Source: Phoronis australis
Taxonomy: Eukaryota > Animalia > Phoronida
NCBI GenBank assembly: GCA_002633005.1
Contig: NMRA01000239.1
Span: 396,288-460,287, forward strand
Direction: 5' to 3'
Length of the DNA: 64,000 nucleotides
Part shown: one piece after another, positions 52,150 to 64,000 of the stretch
Numbering within the stretch: the stretch's first letter is position 1
Layout: every line of letters begins with the position of its first letter
The notes under the pieces: model-generated
Seen by the model: only the letters and a program-made list of their open reading frames with translations
The model's database searches: none
Told to the model about the DNA's origin: nothing
Position numbers and translations under genes: made by a program

Positions 52150-54850
52150 AAATTTCAAGATTTCTTTCACATGATCTGTAGCCTTGGCAACTCTAATTGG
52201 CTATCGTTAGTACACATCAACTAACAACACAAAAATATCTCGCTGTAACATGTGTTTCAGTCTATATGACCACTTTCCTACGTTCACCTCACTATATGTC
52301 AGTATCAATTACAAACCACAAATTCCAAAAATAATTTGAACACAACTATTTCCCAAACAACGAGCACAGTTTTTTAAATGAACTCAAATAGACTAATATC
52401 GATTATATTTTCAGTCAAATTTACGCTCCCACCAGGACTCTAAATATTGTATTGTCTAATATCATCACTAAGTTGCAGGAAGAACACGTTCCCTACAAAA
52501 GAACTCCATTGAAAAATTACACGCGCAAAACGAACCCTTGGATAACACAGGGACATCTTATTTCAATAAAAAGTTAACATTGGCGGCACAAAAAATAAAA
52601 CTTATATCCACACCTAGCCCATTACATGACGAATGAAATAGAGTCGTTATTACTCACAGTAAAACTTTGAAATTACTTATTCAAACTGCAAAGAACTTTA
52701 CCTTCATAAAGAACGAGATACAAGCAAGACATGGGATGCGATCAAGAGCATTTTCAAAACAAACACCAAGTCTGAAAAATTATCAGAATAAATAACGAAA
52801 TAAACGTTAAATATATTTGATAAACGTCAACAGCTCATGAATTTAACAACATCTTTATAAATAGCGATCCATTAATAGTAATTACCAGTCCACACACACT
52901 CTAAAATCGACTCTTTCTTATCCAGTCCTACGCAAACAAAATTAAAATTTCAAGCAGTAAATGAAAACAATATGAGAAATTCCCTGGGCAATACCAAATT
53001 TAAATCTATTAAAGGATTTGACAACATTTCACCAAATTCACGATTACTCTGTTCATTATCAAATCACTCAGTACCATCATCAATCAATGTTTTGACACAG
53101 GTGATTTTCCAACTTCTTTGTAAATTGCCAAAGTTAAGGCCATATAAAAAGAAAATTATTTAGATTAACGCAGTATTAACAACATTTCTCTCTACTCAGT
53201 TCCTGCTTTCTCAAAATTATTCGAAAAATTTCTTTTGACTAGCTTCACGCTTACTACGTCGTACTGCAAACAACCTCTTCAATGAACATCAATGTGGCTT
53301 TTAAAAAATAAGAACAATAGAATTTGCAACACTCGAACTAACTGCCATAATTAACGGATTTCTAGACAAAAGGATAAACTCAAACCCCATCTTACTAGAC
53401 CTAAGAAAAGCTTTTGACACAACAGAACATGATATCTTGCTAAAAAATTTACGTGTTATGTTACTGCAGGAGTAAAACATTTATTCTGCAAGACTCATTT
53501 AATCATTCGACGGCAATGTGTTGTATTTGACAATTCACCCTCCCAAAAATAATTCATCATCGGAAATGTACCCTGACGATCTATTCTTAGTCCCTTCCTT
53601 TTTCCTTTCCGTAAATGACCTCCACAAATCCATATCGTTTGATACCCTTATGTGTACTGATGATACACACCTTCGTCTACAAAACCAAAAAACAACAAAA
53701 CTGAAATCAATAATAAGCTATCAGACATATTCACATAGTTATCAATCAACAAATTGCTGTTAAATGTCATCAAAACAAGACCCAAGACATTCCACTTCCC
53801 TCAGAAAAGTAGCACAAACATTAAAACTTAAGATAACTATAAATATTCAAAATCTTTTGTTAACAAGTACGNACTGCTGGAGTAAAACATTTATTCTGCA
53901 AGACTCATTTAATCATTCGACGGCAATGTGTTGTATTTGACAATTCACCCTCCCAAAAATAATTCATCATCGGAAATGTACCCCGACGATCTATTCTTAG
54001 TCCCTTCCTTTTTCCTTTCCGTAAATGACCTCCACAAATCCATATCGTTTGATACCCTTATGTGTACTGATGATACACACCTTCGTCTACAAAACCAAAA
54101 AACAACAAAACTGAAATCAATAATAAGCTATCAGACATATTCACATAGTTATCAATCAACAAATTGCTGTTAAATGTCATCAAAACAAGACCCAAGACAT
54201 TCCACTTCCCTCAGAAAAGTAGCACAAACATTAAAACTTAAGATAACTATAAATATTCAAAATCTTTTGTTAACAAGTACGTCTTTGGGAATATCGATGG
54301 ACAGTTATTTGTCCTGATCTGAACACATTAATGTGGTGGGAACAAAAATTACACAAACCTTTGGCGTACTAAATCAACTCAAGAAATATCTGCCTTTAGT
54401 CGAGTTCACGACTATTTAGTACTCCTTGATCTACACTCACTTACTTTGTGGCATCATAAAACGAGGATTTAAAACTTTCGGCAGATGACAATTCTTTCAG
54501 AAACAAGTCATGACAATGATCCCCATCGCACACTACTTTGCGTACACAAATTCAAATAGCAAATTACTGAAAATACCTCTATTTGATGATACTCACAATA
54601 CATGTATATCCTACTTGGTAATATATTACTAGTCTTTTCGCCACTAACCTCCACATTGCTTCCGAAAGAATTTCATTTGTTATGACAACCGAAACAGCGG
54701 ACCAATTAGAATTTCTCATTCGCTAGATCTCTGAGGAAACTTAAAGGTTACTTATCGCAACTACATACACATACGAAAGACTCCATTTTACAAATCAGTC
54801 ACGACAACTCACTGTTCACGTTTTCGCGTTCCTAGAGTCATCAATGAAAA
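52150..54850 (+). mobile_element. Old, heavily decayed CR1/L2-group LINE ORF2 (boundaries approximate)
   Basis: LDLRKAFDTTEHDILLKKL (~53393-53450), degenerate GVPQGS-like block, LMCTDDT (YADD equivalent); A-rich sense strand; many stops. Confidence 0.8.
53463..54281. repeat. 409-bp direct duplication on either side of a single N (53872)
   Basis: 53463-53871 vs 53873-54281; two substitutions seen; identical 81-aa ORFs in the track at offset 410. Confidence 0.95.
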
Positions 54851-55084
54851 TACAATACTCTCTTCAGTTCTAGATAAGATAAACACTCACCCACTTGCTA
54901 GACTTTCAAGATACAAGATACATTTGGTATTGACCACCGGTGACCTGGTGCTGGGAATTCGAATACATGGGTTTTAGGCAGTAAGCGAGGTCACGTTTGC
55001 GAAAGTCACCCACCCACCTTTGTTCCAGATACGTAATTGTGAGCCTAACTCGCATTAAACACTAGTAAAGAAAACAAAAGAAAA

Positions 55085-55750
55085 TTGCGAACGTTATCAA
55101 CTTTCTGCAACGTAGCCAATGAAAATGTGCATTGGAATGTGTACGACATTTTACAAAAATATCCAGCCGACGTTGATAATCTTAGGGTTAACTGCAGCTT
55201 TCTCATGGTTACACGGATAACCCCGATTGCGCTGGCGAAAAAGTTTTTGCAAAAATTGAAGTCAGCGTTCCCAAACGTGGAATCTGTGTTGCGAATGTTT
55301 TTGAGTGTTATGGTCCTAACTGCTCCGCAGAAAGGTCATTTTAACAGCTTAAAGGAATAAACAGTGTACCGAGACCAACGATATTGCAAGAAAAACTACA
55401 ATCAATAGCCATGATGGGCATAGAATGGTAACATTTATGAAATCTTGATTACGAAGATCATGAGCTTTCCGCAGTAAAATAAAAAAAACTGAACTTCGCA
55501 AAATCATAAGAAGAACAAATAAATTGCCGTATAACGTTTAACATACATAAAAGCTAATTGTGTGCATTCGGATAAATGCTCACTGGGTTATATTGAGAAC
55601 ATTTCCGGCAGCAATGCATTGGTTATTTGAAATTTTCAATTGTTTACTTGATTCCGATTTGTATTTAGGTTACAAGAACTGAATCACGGAAGTCTTCATA
55701 AGTTACATCGGATCAGTCAGTGGGCAGTTTTGGGCCCCGCAAACCCCTAA
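55085..55750 (+). mobile_element. hAT transposase C-terminal (dimerization domain) remnant
   Basis: LKSAFPNVESVLRMFLSVMV, then frameshifted ERSF-like and R.T..QEKL..IAMMGIE segments; GGGCCCCGCAAACCC subterminal motif. Confidence 0.75.
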
Positions 55751-57779
55751 AGACACCAAAACAACTGCGTTTTCAACATAACTACTGAAGAATAGCACTG
55801 TACGAACCTGTTGCACAGTGCAATTCTTGTCCGCACAGCGTAGTTACTTAGAGAAACCCAAAAGTTAATGATTTTATTCGACTTCAGCCGAGTCAATTCT
55901 AAAAACAGGCTTACGTGGTTACATAATCGAGGGTGATGCCAGACCAAGGAAACAGGTGTGCTATAGCAATAAAGCTCACTGGCTATACGCAGTCAACCTC
56001 CAAAATTTTTTCTTTCAATTCCATTTAGCATAACTCAATTGCTTTTTGCCAAGGAAATGTTGAGACCTGGGTGTCAAAGATGACGAAATCAAAACAAAAT
56101 ACTACAGTTTTCATTTTTTATTTCCTGCAGTGAGTAGGAAGGACATAACCTTTTAATTGAACCACATTTATAATTGAAATTTAAGTGGAGGTGACAATCT
56201 CAATGATAGAATTACAAGAACACTTGAAATGGAAGTCTTTTGAACTTGATTTTCAACTGGATAGTGTTTTTTAAATTCATGTGCTAATCTATTGAAATAA
56301 TAATGAATCCAAGGCAGCAATAAATGTTGCCTGAAGATGGCAACTAGTGAACATGTTATTTCGGGCGTTCATTATGGCAAGCTAATTCTATAATACTTTG
56401 GTCACTGAATCATCTAAATGAAAGAACAAATCAGAGGACGATTATGATTTAATCATTAGGCACTCCACAGTTCAAATTAAAATCAATTACTTTCAGTCGG
56501 AACTATGTATTTGGTTTCTACAGTGAAATACTTTCAAGGTAGTTGAGGGTTACATCTACTGTACATAAGTAAACACTGAAATAATCTCAGTACAGTTAAT
56601 ATGTAAGCAAATATGATCTAACTTTTTACCAAAATAAGTAACTTAGAATGCACAGTACGTTAGAACATTTAAGCATTAAAAACTTTACCCAACAACACAT
56701 GACAAATTTACATGATATGAAAGTGGACATGCCTAACTATTACCATGGCGATCGGGTGTTTCCGTACACTAGAATTAGACAAGGATGATTAAAAAGGTGC
56801 AAGAAACAAGGATTGGAGGCTTAAAGCTTCACAATCCTACATAGCCTATTTCTTTAATTAAGAGTAACTTGAAGTAAGAACGCAATAAGTTACAAAATAT
56901 CAATTAAAAACGCAATTTAAACGTAGAATGTTGAAAAAATACGAATTATATTGTGACACATAGTCAAACCTTGAAGAGCAATTGACTTTCAAACAAAAAA
57001 CGATTTCAAAACTTATTTTTTAGCTGAGTATAAAATCAACTGAATGGGATATTCACTGTAGAACATTTAGAATATTCCTTATATGTTTTGCACAGAAACG
57101 TAAAAACAGGGCAAAGTTGCTATTTTATAGCAACATTCATCAAATTGTATCAAAGTTAAAGTTTCACCAATTATAAAATAGCTGACTGAACATGCCTTTC
57201 AGTTCAGCAAAAGTAGCCATGTTGCCAGTGCCTCTGGAATTGTGACATACATGTAGTCCAACGGGAACTGTGAGTACTTTTGGCACTCAATACGTAACAT
57301 CTGCGTGGCTGAAATCTGGTGAATCGCTCAGAATAGTAAGTAAAGATATTTCTATTGAGTGGGATGCATTATCTTTCCAGTTATGTTGAAGTATTTTTGC
57401 AAAACGAAAAAAAATTGGTTCGACCGCTCTACCCTTACTTTTCATTCAGTCGAGCTAGCGATCGAGGCTAAAATTCAATGGATAGCAGCGACAGGTAAAG
57501 AAAACCAAGTTATTCAGTACATCCTCGTTCAAACACTTTTTTGCAAAAAATCCTAATTCAAAACAAAATCAATCTACTTGCTACTTCTAGCACTAATCCT
57601 TTCCGACAGTGTTCGTTGATGCGAACCGCCATTTTAAATTTTAGGTTACAAGAGTAGCCCAAGACTTACTAGCTTCCGCAAAGCGACAACATGTACAGTT
57701 TCGAATACTCTTTTTAAAATTTTAAAAAAGTTCACTGATCGATCTTGGTTTACAACCATTCTTGGATTGCTGGCTGTAG

Positions 57780-57941
57780 TCCTCGATGCAATCTGCAGAA
57801 AAATGTTCGCTACACGTTACCGAATACGGCGATGCTCCATTCGTGGACTTAAGAAATTCTTACCACCTACGACGCAGTCTTGGATCAGTGGGAAACTTGC
57901 GGCGAATTGTCACAGCCTCCAACTATACAACGGTCTGTCAT
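57780..57941 (-). pseudogene. THAP zinc-finger remnant, probably transposon-derived
   Basis: MTDRCIVGGCDNS / frameshift / KFPTDPRLRRRW*EFLK...SVTCSEHFSADC: C2CH signature with conserved P, W, F. Confidence 0.8.
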
Positions 57942-59454
57942 TCTTCTTCAAACATTTATTCCAATTTAATTTAAATATCTGTCTAAATTCGAAAAAATAC
58001 AACAAAAGTACTCCTCTTTGCACACAACAGACAACACGCAACTATGAACAGACTCGGCAATGATCGTGCCACGTCCTTGGTATGAGGTATTTTCTGAAGA
58101 TAGCCAAAGATGGAAATTTTCTGTTCTCAAAACTTTGTGGGAAGTGAGAGCGTTTTTTAAACGAATTATAGACGAATATACGGGATGAAACAAAAAGAAA
58201 TGTGGTTCACAAGCAAACTTTATTAACAGTCAACCCATGTGTATACATATTAACAACAATTAAATAGCTCTCAATCCCTCTCTTTAATCCTGCACTGACC
58301 AGTGGCTTGCTTTCCAAGTGCCTTTTCTGGGGGTACTTTCACACCTCTATCGTGACGCAACTTACACGTATATAATAAAATTTGAACATTACCCGTGTAG
58401 AGATCGATTAGAAGCTGTCAGATTGATGATGAATGTTCACGTGAAATTTTTTTCAATTTAAGGTCGATAATAGGGTTATCCCAGGTTACGCAGAGACACT
58501 TGAATCTTGCTGTATTTACCCTCAATGTTGCAATTCACCTCAAGCACTTCTGCAGCCTCGTTTCTGTGCCATTGGAGTTCAACACGTTCTTTGTTTTTGT
58601 CGTATTCTCGTCCTTCTAATGCCTGAAAAGTATTACTGCTCTGCTTTGGGCCGCAACTCCAACTCGACAAAATTGGACAAACTTGACAAATATCCGTGTA
58701 GGTCTGGGTTTTAAAAGTTATTCGCCTTCCTGACATCAATCAAACACAAAACGACTGAACAAATGAAGATCGTCGGGTTAATTTTGAACCGCACAGATAC
58801 GTTTTCAATCCCGCTACTTTTTTGAACACTTCAAACTGTGAACATCTGCACTGCCACAAACCTCGACTGTTTCCGATATGACCTGTGAAAATGTGCCTGA
58901 AATTCTAAAACAAAACCAATGAAAACAACTCGTTTTCCTACCTCAAGGACAAAGGAGAGTTCTATCACTGTGTAATCATGGACGGTCATATTGTCAGTGA
59001 GGTTGCTAAACAAGCTTTGTAATCTCAATATCTAAAACTGGTAATTTAAATTCAAATCAATGTACCCAGTGGCTATCTTTTGAGTCAAACTGTTTCTTGT
59101 ATAAAAACCAATATATCAAACACATTCAAATGCGTTGTACGCTGTCAGCGAAAAAGAATCACGTTATTCCCCAAAGACGTATCCTTAAGAGCGGCGACTA
59201 ATTAAACATGCGAGTAACAACTTTAACAATTAGGAAATGATAAAACATCAATAAAATTATGATTTATATCATACAGCCACTGGGCACATCGCTTTGAATT
59301 TAAATTGCCACTTTCAAATATTAAGAGATTACAAAGTCGCAGGTGTGTGTCTTTGAAATGACGTGAACAATACGCAAGTAAGGGCCTAAATATGTTAGCT
59401 ACAACATTTTGCAAATCTGGTAATTAGCATGTTGTACAGACAATTTTCTACATA

Positions 59455-59553
59455 CAGTAAACCTCGGTTAAAGTCGGACGTGCTTAAGTCGGACGTGCTT
59501 AAGTCGGACGTGCTTAAGTCGGACGTGCTTAAGTCGGACGAGCTTAAGTCGGA
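59455..59553 (+). repeat. Tc1/pogo(Tigger)-like terminus with a 15-bp tandem array
   Basis: TA-CAGTAAACCTCGGTTA followed by (AAGTCGGACGTGCTT) x5.5 at 59471-59553. Confidence 0.75.
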
Positions 59554-59880
59554 TATTCGCTCAATTCGAATAAAGCTCTGTGGAACGGTTGACCAAGCAT
59601 TAATTCCTTAATAAAGTCCTACGTGTAAGAATTCTTAAGTCGAAGGAACAATTGACCAAAATACCCCCTTTTTACCTCGGAATCCGCCATAGAATATTTT
59701 CTCTTAAAAATCGCCGAACATTCATGTACATGTATGACTTTTAATAATTTATTGACAGATCGCAAGTGGAGTCTTCGCTTATGTTCACATTGGATACAGT
59801 ATGCAAATACTTTGAATTAAGTGAACAGCAATTAGTGAACGAGGCTCATTCACGCTGCCGCACAGCTCACTGAAACACCA

Positions 59881-60033
59881 GCCTGCCGTTCAGAAACGCT
59901 AGGACCTCGCTAAAAAGCAAGACTTCGCGAGATTACGTGAGATATTGCCGTGAATTTCAAATGAGAGCACATGACTTTGACTAGGTTCTAGCTAGGTCCT
60001 AGCGTAGGTCCTAGCGTCTACTGAACGCACGCC
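59881..60033 (+). mobile_element. MITE family A copy, GCC..GTTCAG-terminus type
   Basis: Very similar to 12934-13089 including both ends. Confidence 0.85.
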
Positions 60034-61409
60034 CGGTTTATTAGCACAAACATTTTGCGTATCCGCGGGTTAGCTGATGAATACTTCCCTCTCCAGCATA
60101 TCTGAACAATATTCTATTGTTTGAAGTTGATTATTAATGCCATAGCGATACATCGCAACAGAACAGACCTAAAATTTCAGAGGCACACTCGTGAAACTTG
60201 TACGCGCGAATAAAGCCACAGTCAGATCGAGATTATTATTTCTCACCGCGAGTTTACCAAAGTTGTCACTAAAAATGCAAGGGGGAGGGCGCAGAAAAAA
60301 CGAAATAACTGCTCCGCAGTCGCCATCAAGTTAGCGTGGTAAGAAGGCATTCCTGAGTGCCTCAGTTGGTTTTTGCTAGTACGGATTTTTGACATTTTTT
60401 CCTTTCACCAACAGCCGGAATACCTGGGCGGCGGTAATAAAAAGCTGTAAGGGGGAATTGTTTTTTCCAAAATCAGGGCGACAAATTGGTAACTTAATCG
60501 GTAAGTTCTAAAATATCGCCTTGGGTGCATGTTTGGAGCACACGACCAGATACTCTCGTGGTTTCAGGAATGAGAGGACATTCATTCGGTTGGTTATAAA
60601 TACCAATTTATGCACCCAAAAGACCTTCGTGTGTCCTGTGCGCTTGTCGCCAAAAATTACACCACTTCGTCACAAGGGGGCGTCCACATTTAATCTCTGA
60701 ACGATGACTAATCTCGGAGTAGAACAGCGGCACTTCTACAAAAATCTACGGAATAGGTCTATATCAATTTAACAAAAGATCAGTTGATAATGTAAAAAAG
60801 GTAGTTACAGCGCTTGAGTTATTCCACAAACACCGGCTGAAAAACGTACTTTTCGAGACAATTGTAAGTAGGTGTAAGCACGCTGTGCTTCCCGCAAACG
60901 CAGTCCGAGGCCAAGGCAAAGCTGCGAACAAAAGCACAGGCTCAAGGTCAAGTTTTGTTAGCGGCAAGTTGGGGATGAGAGCTTACCCGAGAGGTGGGCG
61001 CATAAGTGGAAATTTGCACAAAGGTTAAGTGATAAAATGACCTATAAGAAGAAACAAATTGTAAAAAATAAGTGCCGGGAAGATTATTTTTTAGTAACCT
61101 TAATCATTTAAATTGGGGAATAATTTCTTGACTTTTACACATAGGGTTGTACAACTGAAATCCGCCATGATAACTATTTAAGTTACTTGAATTCAGAGTT
61201 TTGAGTTTGTTTTGAAAATTTCGTCGCCAATTCACCGCTCACAAGGACAATTTAATGGATCCAAGGAAACACAAGGCTTCGGAGGTTTATGCAATACCAG
61301 TCTGAAGGAGGTTCACAAAGATTGCATTTGGATTTGAGACAGTCGGCAGTTTTAGTGTCCAACTTTTATGTTTCTTATATGTGGTTATGAGTCATCGGGA
61401 ACTTCGAGC

Positions 61410-62695
61410 GCCTGTGGTTCCACCGAAGAGCTTTTCACCACTTGGTGAAAGAGATATAAATCAAACGAATGAATGGGAGGAGTATTCTTCTTTAATGTGT
61501 TAGTACTAACAAAATCAAATTCCTTTGACACGTTTTCAAAGCCGCAAACGATCATACCGGTTACATTTCGCCTCTTTTTGCCTTCCTCTAGCAACAACGA
61601 ATCAAATCGTCTGCCATCTTCTACCGTTAGCTTTTGACCTAATGACGTCATGTAGTGACCTAAATACCAGCCAGTGAGCCCAGTGAATGGTTTAGTCCAT
61701 GAGCTCACCGGTAGGTTAAAAATTGCAAATGGCGGATTGATATTCGAAAAGTAAACAATCGAACCTTCTTGAATAAGTTCTTCTAACGGGCTTGATTCCG
61801 TGAAGTTATATTCGCTGTATTATTTCTGATTGTAAATTTATTCACGCGATTGCAATTTTGACGCATGCAGGTTAAGGTTTGACTTGCAATTCGAGTGTAA
61901 TTTGAATGGAACTTGATTCTACACTTTCAACTTCCAACCCTGTTTAAGGGTTGCTTTACCAACTACAAAAATCGGAAAATTATGCAAGAAAATTATGTTT
62001 ATTAGATCGTTTTTCACTCATTACGGATACAACGGGCAAGTTAAGTGTCGCTTGAGTCCCAGATTTTGCATGCACCCCACCGGTCGTTAATTCTACAAGC
62101 TGATATGAGCTTCACGACGAGGTGACCTACCCAAGCGGTGTGAAATTTTGCTAAGTAACAGGGTTAGAAGTCCGCACAGTGAAAGTTTAGTATCAAGTGC
62201 CATACATATCACACGAGAATTGCACATCAAATATTAACATGAAAACGTTGAAACTGAGGTCGCGTGAGCATATTTATTTCCAGAATTAACACGGCAAATA
62301 TAACTGCACGAAAATCAAGCCCTTCAAAAGAACTTATTTACTAAAAATTGGGCTTTCCGGTATTTGCTTGTCACTCCGCCATTTATATTTTTAAGCCACC
62401 GATGAACTCGTGAACTGAAGCATACATGTACACTAGGCTCATTGGCTGGCATTCAGGTTATTACATGACGTCATTATATAAAAAGGGTAGAAGATGGCAG
62501 ACGACTTTATTCGTTGCTATTAGAGGAAGGCAAAAAGAGGCGATATATTTGCGGTAAAACGTTTGCGGTTTTCTAAACGTGTCAAGGGAATTTGATTTCG
62601 TTAGTACTAACACACTGAACAAGAGTTTCCTCCCATTCTTTTGGTCTATATCCATTTCACCAAGCAGTGAAAAGCATTCCGGTGGTCCTTCAGCT
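61410..62695. repeat. Long degenerate inverted repeat (arms ~61410-61945 and ~62155-62695, spacer ~210 bp)
   Basis: Collinear reverse-complement blocks across the arms, e.g. CTGCCATCTTCTACC / GGTAGAAGATGGCAG, CGCCTCTTTTTGCCTTCCTCTA / TAGAGGAAGGCAAAAAGAGGCG, AAATGGCGGA / TCCGCCATTT, AACCCTGTT / AACAGGGTT. Confidence 0.88.
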
Positions 62696-63495
62696 CTGTT
62701 TAAAATCTGAGTACTGGCTAAGTTGGAGTTTAACAAACAGTAGTTCTTAGATATAATTTGTCGATAGGCGCAAAAAATTCATTGAGGCACTGTTTCCTCG
62801 CCTCTGATCAGTTAGCTCATGTTGTCTCAGCAATCACGCCTTGCCCTTCCTTACCACAGAAACAATTACGTACCAATACAGGCTCGTAGGAAGGGAAAAA
62901 TTATTGGGTGGGGGCGGGGGGACAAACCAATTCAACTTCGCCAAATTACCCCCCTTTCTATCGCCCCCACATCCGTGTCCCCCCTTCTTCGGATGCCGCC
63001 ATATTTGTACCGAACCTCCTACGTCCGGCATAGGTGTGGGGGGGGGCAATCCCGGGGATACAGCCATCAGTATTTGAGTAACCGTGCACCAAAAAAGTTT
63101 CACGGAGAGTAAAAATGGGCTTAAGGACAGCGCACTGACGGGTAGCTGCACGGGGGCTGCCTCAAGTAACTGTAGCGAGATCTAACAGTCTGAAAATACA
63201 AAATTCGATGAACTGAAGCTAATCGCTGGAAGCTAAGTTATACTTCACTCGAGACAGGCAGCGTAGCTCGTACTTATCCGTCTGCGCAGGTCAAGATTCG
63301 TTTTACTATGATCCAATTTCAAGAAAAGTTCGTTATATTACTATCCAATTTCGGGAAAGTTCGTTTTATTATGGCCGTTCATTGAAGGCAGTTTTGGAAA
63401 AGGTGGATTCCGGGTTCTCTGGTACAGTGCATTTGGGACTGTTTCAAAATTCCTTGTTGAAACATGGCCGGTAGTCCAGTTTGTGGTGGCTGGGT

Positions 63496-63584
63496 AAAAT
63501 GATGAGAGTGTGTACGTGTACCAAAATGATTCAGAGTGTGTACGTGTACCAAAATGATACAGAGTGTGTACTTGTACCAGAATG
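63496..63584. repeat. 28-bp minisatellite, ~3 copies
   Basis: AAAATGATTCAGAGTGTGTACGTGTACC repeated with few changes. Confidence 0.9.
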
Positions 63585-64000
63585 TACAAATTTCAACGTC
63601 TGGAGTTCAAATTCAATTCCTGTGGATCACCCAGTCTCTGCGCAGGCCTACTGCATGGTTTCACCGTATTTTTAACGTGGGTGCGTCAGTCATGAGATGT
63701 ACCGTATGCGTACTGTGCATGGGAATGACAAGCAAACGATTCAGTTTTGACTAACAAAAATTCATTGCGAAACTAAACACATCAAGGAAGTGCAAAACAA
63801 CCTTTCCAAGTTAATGAGCAATGAATTTAATTTCATTTATTTAATGACTGAAACTTCTTTTTTCGATCGGAGTTTGTGAATTTGAACCACTAATCTAGTT
63901 CCTAAGTGAATAAACAATTTATTGTCATTTGCATTGTGAGAACATTTTGGTACACTTTGTAGAGCTGCCCGTCATTCATCAATATCCTTGAGACTTATTT

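Noticed and set aside
54891-54968. Candidate opsin exon 1 (MYSNSQHQVTGG...)
   Set aside because: In-frame TGA before the gtgagt donor; the ATCTTG repeat looks like a retroelement tail.
57438-57444. ATG AAA A|gtaagg micro-exon in correct phase for the opsin
   Set aside because: Would delete the N-terminus and half of TM1; such short matches are expected by chance.
59471-59553. 15-bp (and the 24-bp and 28-bp) arrays as CRISPR repeats or a KSDVL repeat protein
   Set aside because: Head-to-tail units with no unique spacers, no cas genes, eukaryotic context; the ORF is a by-product of the repeat.
61385-61708. 107-aa ORF in the left arm of the inverted repeat
   Set aside because: The homologous frame in the other arm is interrupted by indels and a stop; no domain similarity recognised.

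Overview
Eukaryotic (metazoan, probably marine invertebrate; species not determinable) AT-rich genomic DNA with spliced genes and dense transposon debris. No rRNA, CRISPR or prokaryotic features. Two host genes were found, both on the minus strand. (1) The 5' part of a secreted tandem-EGF/cbEGF protein (fibulin/fibrillin-like): six phase-1 EGF exons at 232-6471 plus a candidate signal-peptide exon at 11422-11494; the gene continues past the left edge. (2) A neuropsin (Opn5-like) opsin reconstructed from four exons at 48523-23132 (359 codons, no stops, retinal Lys and NPIIY intact); its first coding exon was not found. The opsin carries Cys at bovine-rhodopsin position 188, the residue behind the photocyclic 'reverse photoreceptor' chemistry of vertebrate Opn5L1, plus a VRH ionic-lock motif; this is the most interesting signal in the window. 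Introns and intergenic DNA hold RTE and CR1/L2-type LINE fragments, a Penelope remnant, two minimal hammerhead-ribozyme-like motifs, an Academ-type remnant, a decayed spliced P2X7-ballast/KolX-like gene, THAP and hAT remnants, several MITE families, a tRNA-derived SINE head and a ~1.3 kb degenerate fold-back. A 409-bp duplication around a single N is probably an assembly artefact. All family assignments are by eye from remembered motifs; no searches were run.
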